From a virus (Duplodnaviria; Caudoviricetes), in the IMG/VR virus record IMGVR_UViG_3300049182_000044, positions 32,001-96,000 of that record: a stretch of 64,000 bases of DNA; one strand, given 5' to 3'. The position numbers and the translations under genes are program-made. Below, piece by piece: positions 55,342 through 63,660 of this stretch; the first letter of the stretch is position 1, and every line of letters starts with the position of its first letter. The notes beneath the pieces are model-generated. The model saw nothing but the letters and a program-made list of their open reading frames with translations, searched no databases and had not been told where the DNA came from.

Positions 55342-56385
55342 ATGAAGATCGAAATCAAAAAGCATGCTAGCGGTGAATACTTTGAGGTGTTTGAACGCAT
55401 GGCGTGTGCCAACGGTAATGCAGCACTGCACGGTACTAAGCCTACGATGGCGGAAGCTGTGGCGTATGCGGTGCAGCTTTTGGAAAGCATGGGATACAAG
55501 CAAGAGCACATCATCGTTACCTACGTGGACGAAGAAGCTGTTGTAGAAGCCGACCTTGTCAACATGCTGCGTGGCCGGTTGGAAGATGCTTTGTCCAACC
55601 CTGATTTGTTTTCGGCGAATCCCGTAAGCCGTGAAGCAATGGCTGAGCAAGTTCGATCTTCAATTGAGCAATTCCTGTCAGGCATTCCACACGGCCCGAT
55701 CAAGCACGATTTTGGTGTGCGGGTCGCTGAAATCCTCGACGATCAGACAATGAACATCGAGTTCACTTTGCCTGCTCACATGGTGCAGGATATGCAACTG
55801 CGTGAGGCCCAGCTTCGCCACATGCGCGAGGATACGTTCATGGGGTATTTCGATGACCACATTGAATACCCGCACGGCGTCGCATTCAATCCTCTGCCGA
55901 TCAACACCTGCTGGGACTACGTCAGCCACACGCTCCTGAATGGCTTCCTCAACTACGTGACTGTGATTGACGCTCACTTGCTTGATCGTTATCGACCGAT
56001 GACTGAAGAGCTGTCAAAGAGCGACCTCAGCAGCGTTTCGTACCAGGAACCTCCAGGGTCATTCAAGTGGAAGAACTTCGAGAAGGCGGTAACCAAGCAG
56101 GAACTGTTCGACCTGTTGACGCAAGAAGGCCGTACCTGTCATACGAAGCTCAGTGTATTTCGGGACGATGTACTGATCCTAGCCACTTGCGATAATGATG
56201 ACGGCCAGACGATGTACATGTACTTCTGGTTCGATCAAGACGTCAGCGACTGCTGCGTTGGCCGCTTCGTCACCAAGGACTCTCAAGACGTTGTGGTCGA
56301 GAAGTTCCGCAAGTGGATCGACGGTCTCGAGTACGGTCGCCACCAGCTTCCGCAGCATTTCTTCCAAGGGTGGCTCAGCTTTTAA
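55342..56385 (+). CDS. Hypothetical protein
   Basis: 347 aa, AAGGA RBS. Confidence 0.7.
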   Translation: MKIEIKKHASGEYFEVFERMACANGNAALHGTKPTMAEAVAYAVQLLESMGYKQEHIIVTYVDEEAVVEADLVNMLRGRLEDALSNPDLFSANPVSREAMAEQVRSSIEQFLSGIPHGPIKHDFGVRVAEILDDQTMNIEFTLPAHMVQDMQLREAQLRHMREDTFMGYFDDHIEYPHGVAFNPLPINTCWDYVSHTLLNGFLNYVTVIDAHLLDRYRPMTEELSKSDLSSVSYQEPPGSFKWKNFEKAVTKQELFDLLTQEGRTCHTKLSVFRDDVLILATCDNDDGQTMYMYFWFDQDVSDCCVGRFVTKDSQDVVVEKFRKWIDGLEYGRHQLPQHFFQGWLSF

Positions 56386-56419
56386 ACTGTAAAGCGTAGT
56401 CAACAATAACAAACAATAA

Positions 56420-56720
56420 GACCAATGCTATTCGAGATCAAAAGATTGATCGCCATAGGACTGGCGTTGCGGCACGAAACTCCTAGCAGAGCAGTGCTTG
56501 AGCGATACACGCCACCAGCGATCGCCGAAGAGGGCGTCCCCTCATACCCAGAGTATGGCAGTAGTGGCGATTCGGGTTGAGAGTGGCTGCTAGGAGCCCG
56601 CCTATCCCCGCCAAGAAACGCGATCATCGTCTAACACGCATGACAGATGACGCACCAGTAAGTCGTCCAGTCCTATCACTCCGCACCCCGCTACGAACTG
56701 GACGCAGGTATGGCCGCAAT
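56420..56720 (+). ncRNA. Putative stand-alone structured ncRNA (~300 nt)
   Basis: Between ACTGTAAA motif (56386) and terminator; stems taggactgg/ccagtccta, ctcctagcag/ctgctaggag, atcgcc/ggcgat, catac/gtatg. Confidence 0.65.
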
Positions 56721-56736
56721 AGAGAAGTAACCCTCG

Positions 56737-56767
56737 GGACCTGCCGCGATAGTGCAGGTCCGTTTTT
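56737..56767 (+). terminator. Rho-independent terminator
   Basis: ggacctgc/gcaggtcc then GTTTTT. Confidence 0.8.
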
Positions 56768-56782
56768 AATAATTCACACATC

Positions 56783-57286
56783 ATGCTACGTTTTTACGAG
56801 CCACTGGAAATAGAATACGAACGCGATCACAAGTCGAAGGATCCTATCCTCGGATTCAGCAACGAGCGATACAAATTTCTTTCTAATTTCTATCCGTGTA
56901 CGGTGCGGATGTACGACATTGATTTTCCTTCTAGCGAATATGCCTATATGTGGCATAAGAGCGACGATCTGGATTACAAGAAGTCGATCCTGAACGCTTA
57001 TTCGTCTGGTCAGGCCAAGAAGCTGGGTAACAACAAGCGCCTTGAAGATCTAGGCATACTGCGCAAGGACTGGCCGGATGATCTGGTCCGCATCAAGGTG
57101 ATGTATGAAATACTAAAAGCGAAGTTCAGTGACATCAACCTTTGGGTGATGTTGCAAGCCACAGAGAACCGATACATAGAAGAAACGAATTGGTGGTCTG
57201 ACGTTTTCTGGGGAAGATGTAGAGGTAAAGGTGAAAACCATCTTGGCAGGCTTCAGATGGTGATAAGGCATGAAACACGACGTTAA
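56783..57286 (+). CDS. NADAR (YbiA-like) family protein
   Basis: FLSNFY, FPSSEYAY...K, AKKLG, W, KAKF, L.AT....IEE.....D.FWG, GENHLGRLQM.IR. Confidence 0.9.
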   Translation: MLRFYEPLEIEYERDHKSKDPILGFSNERYKFLSNFYPCTVRMYDIDFPSSEYAYMWHKSDDLDYKKSILNAYSSGQAKKLGNNKRLEDLGILRKDWPDDLVRIKVMYEILKAKFSDINLWVMLQATENRYIEETNWWSDVFWGRCRGKGENHLGRLQMVIRHETRR

Positions 57287-57303
57287 ATTTTAGGACCATA
57301 ACC

Positions 57304-57759
57304 ATGAAACTCAATGTTGATCTCAAACCGAAAGATGAAAAGATGAATACGACTGCTTCCTCCTGTGACCAAGCCGCTGTTCCTGCAGAAGCTCCGGTCA
57401 CTGAGAACACTCCGACTACTGCACCGGCACCTGTAGCTGAGACTGCCGTCAACGTCACCACCGGTGTCGCATGTCTCGATCCAGGCCATGTGTACGAACT
57501 GGGCGGCGGCAACGTAGTCAAGTTCCTCAAGAAGGTCGATGGCACGCTGATTCATCACGGCACCACGAACGAGGAATGCCTGCAGATGTTGATTCATCGC
57601 ACCAAAGAACTCAACGCCAAATTCCCATGCAAGGAAAACGACCAGGCCATCATTCGCATGGAAGAGGCACTGATGTGGTTCAACGAGCGTACTGCGAAAC
57701 GCACTGCGCAAGGTGTTGAAACCCGCTATCAGAACCATGAGGACGTTCAGCACGGATGA
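57304..57759 (+). CDS. Tad1/Acb2-type signalling-molecule sponge (anti-Thoeris/CBASS candidate)
   Basis: KF...HGTTNEECL.MLI.R......FPCKEN..AI..MEEALMWFNERT..R..QGV resembles Tad1 HGV....LL.I...RL.......REN..AL..VEEALMW.N.R...R..R.V. Confidence 0.75.
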   Translation: MKLNVDLKPKDEKMNTTASSCDQAAVPAEAPVTENTPTTAPAPVAETAVNVTTGVACLDPGHVYELGGGNVVKFLKKVDGTLIHHGTTNEECLQMLIHRTKELNAKFPCKENDQAIIRMEEALMWFNERTAKRTAQGVETRYQNHEDVQHG

Positions 57760-57889
57760 TCAAGCCAAGGACGACGAAGACCCATTATGCCCTACTTGTA
57801 GATGGGTGCTGTTCATCTGCATAGGACTGCTGGTTCTTCTTAGCGTCTCTTGGCCGTTCATAGTGCCGTTCTTGAAAACTGTAAAGTAA
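57737..57889 (+). CDS. 50-aa membrane protein with CxxC
   Basis: Hand translation MRTFSTDDQAKDDEDPLCPTCRWVLFICIGLLVLLSVSWPFIVPFLKTVK*. Confidence 0.5.
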   Translation: MRTFSTDDQAKDDEDPLCPTCRWVLFICIGLLVLLSVSWPFIVPFLKTVK

Positions 57890-57894
57890 GGTCA

Positions 57895-58573
57895 TCGAAT
57901 CGAATCATTGAGTCGTGGTGACACGACATTGTGCATCTGCGTAAAATGCGTTGGTAGTCAATATGGACCGGATGAGGCCAAAAGCCGTTGATCCCGATTC
58001 AGGATGTTTGGCGTAACGACGCAACCGAAAGGCGTATAAAACATTAGCCCTAGCCAGTGCGGTACTTAAGTGGACGGCTGCTAGCGCATAATGGATGAAT
58101 GTTATCAAATTCGGCGAAAGCTAAGCTCTCCGGTAGTAACGTTTCCGGGTCACAGGTACCTCAAACGGTCCATACGCTTCGGGCTTGTCCCTTGCGCACA
58201 CCTACCTAAACAGCCACCGAGCAGTGACTGCTGAGTATGCCAACGCCGAGCCAAGCCTAGAACGATAGTCACAGGTAATCCTTCATAGCGACGACGCCTA
58301 AGGCAGTCAAGCGTAGAAGCGACACCACGGTGAATGTCCGATTAGGAAGGTGTAGAGACTGGTAGGTAACCACCGTAACAGCTGCTTTAACTTATGGGCG
58401 TGTCCCAACTCCGAACGCGACGGAGGTGAAGCAGCAGGTGAAGGCACAGTCCGGGCCATCAACGGTATGCGACACTAATCGAGGCCGGCCTTGTAAATGG
58501 GTCGGTGTACTCGAAATAGCTATTACCGCGTATAGGCGGCGAAAGCCGTGGTGGTGAGAATACGATTCGACTC
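57895..58573 (+). mobile_element. Group I intron-type ribozyme without evident host ORF; ends approximate
   Basis: P AAATTCGGCGAA (58107), Q GCCAACGCCGAGCCAAGC (58239), R GAAGGTGTAGAGACTG (58346), S AAGGCACAGTCC (58441); P3 gttatc/ggtaac, P4 ttcggcg/cgccgag, P7 gactg/cagtc, P8 cacc/ggtg, GAAA loops. Confidence 0.85.
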
Positions 58574-58586
58574 TTATTTTATAGAC

Positions 58587-59054
58587 ATGAAACGCTCAGA
58601 ACTACAAGCCTTACTACGTGAAGAGTGTAATCCCAACATAGTGCTAGCTACGGTTGGCTCTTGCTGGGAGTGCTCTTCACATAGTCGAAACGGTGGATAC
58701 TACTTCATTTATGAATTTTCTTCTAAGAAGAAAGTTCTGTTGCATCGACTAGCCTACAAGTTAGTCAAAGGAAAGATTCCAAAAGGCCACGTGATTCGGC
58801 ATCGTTGCGATAATCGTGGGTGTTTGAAGCCTAGCCATTTGATTAGCGGAACCGTCGGTGACAACAACCGAGACATGGTAGAACGAGGTAGGCAAGCTCG
58901 TGGCGAACGCAACCGCCACGCTAGGCTGACTGAAGCTCAAGCTCGAGAAATAAAGTATTCCAAGGAATCGAACAAGGTACTGCGTGAACGCTTCAACGTG
59001 CACCGCAATCTTGTGACAGGTATCCGTAACGGTACCTACTGGAAACATATTTAA
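58587..59054 (+). CDS. HNH homing endonuclease (HNH_3 / I-HmuI-like)
   Basis: LLHRLAYKL.KG.IP.GHVIRHRCDNRGC..PSHL..GT..DN.RDM..RGR, C-terminal HTH-like LTEAQAREIK. Confidence 0.9.
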   Translation: MKRSELQALLREECNPNIVLATVGSCWECSSHSRNGGYYFIYEFSSKKKVLLHRLAYKLVKGKIPKGHVIRHRCDNRGCLKPSHLISGTVGDNNRDMVERGRQARGERNRHARLTEAQAREIKYSKESNKVLRERFNVHRNLVTGIRNGTYWKHI

Positions 59055-59077
59055 CAACTACAACTGAAGGAACTCTA

Positions 59078-59467
59078 ATGAGTGCTATCGCTCTCCTGAA
59101 GCAGCTGCGCGGACTTGTTCCCACAGCAGAACTGCAGGGAAAGATTGACCAAGTTATCGCTGACGAAAACGTGGTCGAAAACGTAGGCCGCCATGAAGTT
59201 GGCAAGATCGTACGCTTTGCTCCTGACACCAGAGCACCTTTGTTCGGAACTGAAGCAAAGGTCATGCGCAATCGCGCAACGAGTAACGGGAAGGTGTTGT
59301 ACGATCTGGCTCTCACCGACGGTGACAGCGAAGAAGGATACTACGAGCGCTATCCGATCATCGGAGTTGATGCATGTTTCGTTCGTTCCCTCGACCCGCG
59401 TGAAGAGCAACTCGGTCAAAACGCAGAAACCGAAGCACGAATTGCAGACATTCGTACTGCAGGATAA
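59078..59467 (+). CDS. Hypothetical protein
   Basis: 129 aa, AAGGA RBS. Confidence 0.7.
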   Translation: MSAIALLKQLRGLVPTAELQGKIDQVIADENVVENVGRHEVGKIVRFAPDTRAPLFGTEAKVMRNRATSNGKVLYDLALTDGDSEEGYYERYPIIGVDACFVRSLDPREEQLGQNAETEARIADIRTAG

Positions 59468-59551
59468 GTTGTAAAGAACAGGCCGTTAATTCGGCCTGTC
59501 CTCACCTTCAAACTGTAAATGGGTCGTGTAGACCAACCACATAGGTGACCC

Positions 59552-59935
59552 ATGTTTGAAAATACTGAAGCCCTCCTGATCGACTTCGAGGCGAAAAAGC
59601 GCCCCATCAATGTCGATCTTATCCGTGAAGCCCTCAATCGTGACCGCGAAGCCGTTATGCGCAATGGCGATGAAGATATCGCCGAGCGTTTCGACAGCCT
59701 CGCCAAGTGCGTCGAAATTCAATGCTCCGAGGGCCACTGGAATCACAACGAGTACATGTACGGAATGGCGAATGGCTTGATCCTCGCCCTCCACATTATG
59801 ACTGGCTCCGTCAACGTCGAGCCTCCCTACCTCGATCGTCCTGAGAAGTGGCATTCTGAATCAGGTGCCGAAGAGCCTACTCCGCCTAACCCTAAGCGCC
59901 GGCTCGGTGACGGTACGGCTCCCCATGTGAAATGA
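59552..59935 (+). CDS. Hypothetical protein
   Basis: 127 aa; HWNHNEYMYGMANGLILA motif. Confidence 0.7.
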   Translation: MFENTEALLIDFEAKKRPINVDLIREALNRDREAVMRNGDEDIAERFDSLAKCVEIQCSEGHWNHNEYMYGMANGLILALHIMTGSVNVEPPYLDRPEKWHSESGAEEPTPPNPKRRLGDGTAPHVK

Positions 59936-60051
59936 GCACCATACATTGGCCGGATCTTACGTTCCCGCCCATCAATCTCTACAACGCCCCTCGTGTACAT
60001 ACTGTAAATAGAGGGAGTAGCATTCATCAACACTCTACTAGAAAGAGCACT

Positions 60052-60786
60052 ATGTCCCGCAAACCCTTCGTTCCGAAAATTCCCACCCAGTTCAAGCATC
60101 TGCGTTTCCTCGATACGGATTCCAGTGACATCATGAACAACGGCGGCTATTCGCTGGCCTACCGTCTGATCCTGGACGACGCAAACGATGCGGTCAAAGT
60201 TCAGTACGCATTCTCCGAAGTCAATCTGACAGACAATTTCAATCGTTCCGAAGGTCGCCGTCGTACCTACAATCGACTGAACTGCCTTTCTCCTGACCAC
60301 ACCGGCGAGTTCGTTCTCGGCCTGAATGAACTCGGCGTCGATTTCAAGACCCGTATCATCGACTTAGGTTCGGGCTTCATCGACGTTCGCAACAGCGAGT
60401 TCGATATTGCCAAGGCAGTCATCATGAACTTCCTGCAGGATTGGGAAGACTGCCTTACACTGGGCATCGAGGGCGTCGACCTCTCCGGCAACTTGGTCGA
60501 GAATGCACTTGGCATCTTCATCGACTCAGTGGCGCTGGACGCTCTGGACGAAGAAGACGAAGACATCGGCGACTACGAAGCTCTGTCTGAGACTTTGACG
60601 GCAGCCGAAGAAGGTTTGCTCCTGATCGAAAACTTCACCGACCCGGACAACGTGTTCCAGGTCAATTCGCTCCTCAAGGATCTGGCTGAGAAGTTCAACG
60701 CGATCAAGAGCGCGGCGCACAATGCCGGTGTGAACCACGATCCGGATGACCTCGATGAAGAAGAAGGCGACGAAGCCCAAGGTTAA
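60052..60786 (+). CDS. Acidic hypothetical protein
   Basis: Start MSRKPF downstream of ACTGTAAA (60001); 244 aa, strongly biased codons. Confidence 0.7.
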   Translation: MSRKPFVPKIPTQFKHLRFLDTDSSDIMNNGGYSLAYRLILDDANDAVKVQYAFSEVNLTDNFNRSEGRRRTYNRLNCLSPDHTGEFVLGLNELGVDFKTRIIDLGSGFIDVRNSEFDIAKAVIMNFLQDWEDCLTLGIEGVDLSGNLVENALGIFIDSVALDALDEEDEDIGDYEALSETLTAAEEGLLLIENFTDPDNVFQVNSLLKDLAEKFNAIKSAAHNAGVNHDPDDLDEEEGDEAQG

Positions 60787-61138
60787 GGTCGCAATTTGCG
60801 GCACTGAGACCTTGACGAAGAAGCAAGCTATTGACTCAGCTCGTTACTTGATTCAGGAGTTGATACAGCGCTATGATGTACGCTTAATCGCCACTGTGAA
60901 AGAGGACTTGCTGGGTAAGGCTGTACGATTCGTCGCCAAGAAGCACGATCTGAAGTTGAAGACACAGCGCGCTTCAGATCGTGCTGACCAATCGAATCCT
61001 CTCGAACTAGCTACGGCTGGTTTGATGTGGGATGCGAAACGTCTTATCGTGGTTGACGATGGCGGTAAAGGATGTGCGGTCTACGCTATGCAGATGGCTC
61101 TACGCATGAAGCGCAAGGTGCAGGTGTTCGACATTTGA
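60746..61138 (+). CDS. Hypothetical alpha/beta protein (SLOG/DUF2493-like possible)
   Basis: KVAICG strand-helix pattern; start uncertain. Confidence 0.6.
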   Translation: MTSMKKKATKPKVKVAICGTETLTKKQAIDSARYLIQELIQRYDVRLIATVKEDLLGKAVRFVAKKHDLKLKTQRASDRADQSNPLELATAGLMWDAKRLIVVDDGGKGCAVYAMQMALRMKRKVQVFDI

Positions 61139-61149
61139 GGGAGTAACAA

Positions 61150-61584
61150 GTGAAAGAGTGGGTACGTAAGCTAATGGGCAGAGCAATAGCTTGGTCGTTG
61201 AACACAACGCCTGAGCAACTGCGTCATGCTGAACAAATGACGGCGCAGCTCGTTGCTGAAATGGCTGCTGGTTCCAGGACACCTAATACAGGAAATCCTT
61301 GGACTGTGGCAAAGCGGGCTCTGCGTTTGGTTTGCACGAACAACGCGATTGTCCGAAACAGTCACGACAACGAGGTAACGCTCTTCCACGGACAGTTCAT
61401 CTGGTGTTTGGATGGTGCTTACTACGCAGCGGAGGACGTTACGTTCCAGGGTGTGTATCGAGTGCGTCGCGGCCCAGTCTCACTTAACTCTCTCGATATT
61501 CTTCTCGCTGTTCGGGAAGGCAAGATCATGCCACTGCATCCCGATACCGAAGTATATGACCTTCCAGTTGAGGTAATCCCATGA
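61150..61584 (+). CDS. Hypothetical protein
   Basis: 144 aa, GAGGGAG RBS. Confidence 0.65.
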   Translation: MKEWVRKLMGRAIAWSLNTTPEQLRHAEQMTAQLVAEMAAGSRTPNTGNPWTVAKRALRLVCTNNAIVRNSHDNEVTLFHGQFIWCLDGAYYAAEDVTFQGVYRVRRGPVSLNSLDILLAVREGKIMPLHPDTEVYDLPVEVIP

Positions 61585-61859
61585 CCGTGTTTGATAATTT
61601 GTTGGGAGTGCTGTATCGTTTGTGGTTGTACGACATTGAGGTATTGAGCCAGCCGTGGATGTACTGGTGCGCACTTATTCCGGCAATCTTGTACGCCATG
61701 TTCGTTCTCCTGAAATGGGCGATCCTAACTGCGCCAATCTGGCTGCCGGTAATGATCGTGTTCTCCGTCCTCGGAGACTTCCTCAAGGAACTCCTGAATC
61801 CAACCAAGATTCATGTTTGCAAATGTATGAAAAAGGAGATGCACGTTGAAAAGAACTAA
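61581..61859 (+). CDS. Small membrane protein
   Basis: 92 aa with hydrophobic helices. Confidence 0.65.
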   Translation: MTVFDNLLGVLYRLWLYDIEVLSQPWMYWCALIPAILYAMFVLLKWAILTAPIWLPVMIVFSVLGDFLKELLNPTKIHVCKCMKKEMHVEKN

Positions 61860-62286
61860 TGGCGTTGGTGGTGAATATCCACCGTATGGTATCTTCGTGA
61901 ACTTTCGTCTGCCTAGCGGCGACGAGGTGCTTTCCGGTTACACGGGCACGTTGACCAATACTCCCTCGGGCAAGATCGAGTTGGTGTTCATTGAGAGCAA
62001 TACGCGCAAGGTCTTCTTCGCACCGCAAGTGCTGGAATGGGAAGAGCGTTTGCCGACTCGTGCAGAGTTCGATATGTTCCAGCTGGCTTACATGCCTGGG
62101 TGTGCCAATCGTGAACAGCTGGGCAATCTCGACCCCTCAGTTGAAAGCGCAGTCGTCGTCGATATGTCGTTGTTCAAAAGCGACGTTGAAGATGAGGTGG
62201 TAAAGCGCGTCTACATTTACTTGTGGGAGTGGGCAAACGGCAAGTGGTCGGACAACCCGATTGAGGTCGTGCGGGAATTCAGCTAA
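61846..62286 (+). CDS. Hypothetical protein
   Basis: 146 aa, TTG start after AAGGAG. Confidence 0.6.
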   Translation: MKRTNGVGGEYPPYGIFVNFRLPSGDEVLSGYTGTLTNTPSGKIELVFIESNTRKVFFAPQVLEWEERLPTRAEFDMFQLAYMPGCANREQLGNLDPSVESAVVVDMSLFKSDVEDEVVKRVYIYLWEWANGKWSDNPIEVVREFS

Positions 62287-62305
62287 CAACCGAAGAGCAC
62301 CAAAC

Positions 62306-63187
62306 ATGGTCAAGAAGAAAAAGCACGGCACCTGGGAAGACCAGCCTGAACGTGGTAAGAAGTCGAAGAAAGACAAGGCTAATTACCGCAAAGGCAAAAC
62401 TGATACCAAGATCGAAGCGGAGGTAGATCGCTACGTACCTAAAGTAGCGAAGCTCGTCAACACACCGATCACAGCGAAGACCGCTGCTCAAAGATACTAC
62501 ATGGGCAGCATTGAGCGCAACATCCTCACGTTGGCCACTGGCCCTGCTGGTACGGGCAAGACGTTCGTGGGTTGTGCTATGGCGTGCGACATGCTTCGCG
62601 CTGACAAGATCGACCACATAATCATCTCTCGTCCTGCCGTGACTGACGAGGAAGATTGGGGTGCATTGCCTGGTGAACTGGACGAGAAGTACGCTCCGTT
62701 CCTGGAACCCTACTGGGAATCGTTTCACAAGCGTTTGGGCGTCAAGCTCACGGAATACTACATAAAGCAGGGACGGATCATAGCTGTTCCTCTCGGCTTT
62801 ATGCGCGGTCGAACATTCGAGAACTGCTGGGTATTCTTGGACGAAGCTCAAAACACCACCAAGAAGCAGATGGAGACTTTCCTGACTCGGGCAGGAGAGA
62901 ACTGTCGCATGGTTGTTAGTGGCGACCTTCATCAAATCGACCTTCCTATTTGGAAGGTCAGTGGGTTGCGGGACGCGATCAAGCGATTCCGCCATAGCAA
63001 AACAACAGGCATCATCAATTTTACTACCGAGGACATTGTGCGTTCTGGCTTTGCTCGTGAAGTGGTGGAAGCGTATGCCGTCAACATTGATAAAGAGGAC
63101 AAACAAACATGGACAATCTCAAATTGCATGAAGACGTTGCGGAATCTATTCGGAAGAACCTTCCGGAAGTCGCCGCAGCGGAGCTGA
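62306..63187 (+). CDS. phoH: PhoH-family ATPase
   Basis: ATGPAGTGKT, ISRPAV, LPG.L.EK..P, MRGRTF, LDEAQN, SGDLHQID, DIVRS. Confidence 0.93.
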   Translation: MVKKKKHGTWEDQPERGKKSKKDKANYRKGKTDTKIEAEVDRYVPKVAKLVNTPITAKTAAQRYYMGSIERNILTLATGPAGTGKTFVGCAMACDMLRADKIDHIIISRPAVTDEEDWGALPGELDEKYAPFLEPYWESFHKRLGVKLTEYYIKQGRIIAVPLGFMRGRTFENCWVFLDEAQNTTKKQMETFLTRAGENCRMVVSGDLHQIDLPIWKVSGLRDAIKRFRHSKTTGIINFTTEDIVRSGFAREVVEAYAVNIDKEDKQTWTISNCMKTLRNLFGRTFRKSPQRS

Positions 63188-63600
63188 AGAAGTTTATCGA
63201 CGAAGCGCAGAAGACTGCTCAAAGGCTCGCGATCAAGGAAAACGAGCTGAAAGTCGCTTCGGCTAAAGTCGGCGAGCTTACTAATCAGTTGAGCGAGCAT
63301 CGCACGCTTGACGAGAAGCTGAAAGAAATCGAGACCAAGAACAAGGACCTCGAAGCTCGCGAACTGGCACTGCGACTGTCTACTGCTGATAACAAGGCAC
63401 TGGTCGCAGAAGGCAGGCTCGCGTCTGCTATGGAAGTCATGGGATTGGTCTTCCGCAATCAAACGATCAGTCAGTCGATTCTCGGCACAGTTCCGGTTGC
63501 CGTTGAAGGCCAGAAGGCAAATCAGTACAACCCTTGCAGCAGCCCGGGGTATGTCGCACCGGGTGAGGTACGGCAGACGGTTGAAACAACTACGAAGTAA
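63109..63600 (+). CDS. Coiled-coil hypothetical protein
   Basis: 163 aa, GAGGA RBS. Confidence 0.7.
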   Translation: MDNLKLHEDVAESIRKNLPEVAAAELKKFIDEAQKTAQRLAIKENELKVASAKVGELTNQLSEHRTLDEKLKEIETKNKDLEARELALRLSTADNKALVAEGRLASAMEVMGLVFRNQTISQSILGTVPVAVEGQKANQYNPCSSPGYVAPGEVRQTVETTTK

Positions 63601-63604
63601 CGCG

Positions 63605-63638
63605 ATAGGGCGGGAGCATTCATTTGTTCTCGCCCTAT
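63605..63638 (+). terminator. Intergenic hairpin
   Basis: atagggcgggagca/tgttctcgccctat 14-bp stem; no clear U tract. Confidence 0.45.
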
Positions 63639-63660
63639 AGTCATATAAAACAGGTAAGCC

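Noticed and set aside
56425-56580. 51-codon ORF MLFEIKRL...
   Set aside because: No RBS, codon usage unlike phage genes, and region dominated by long RNA stems
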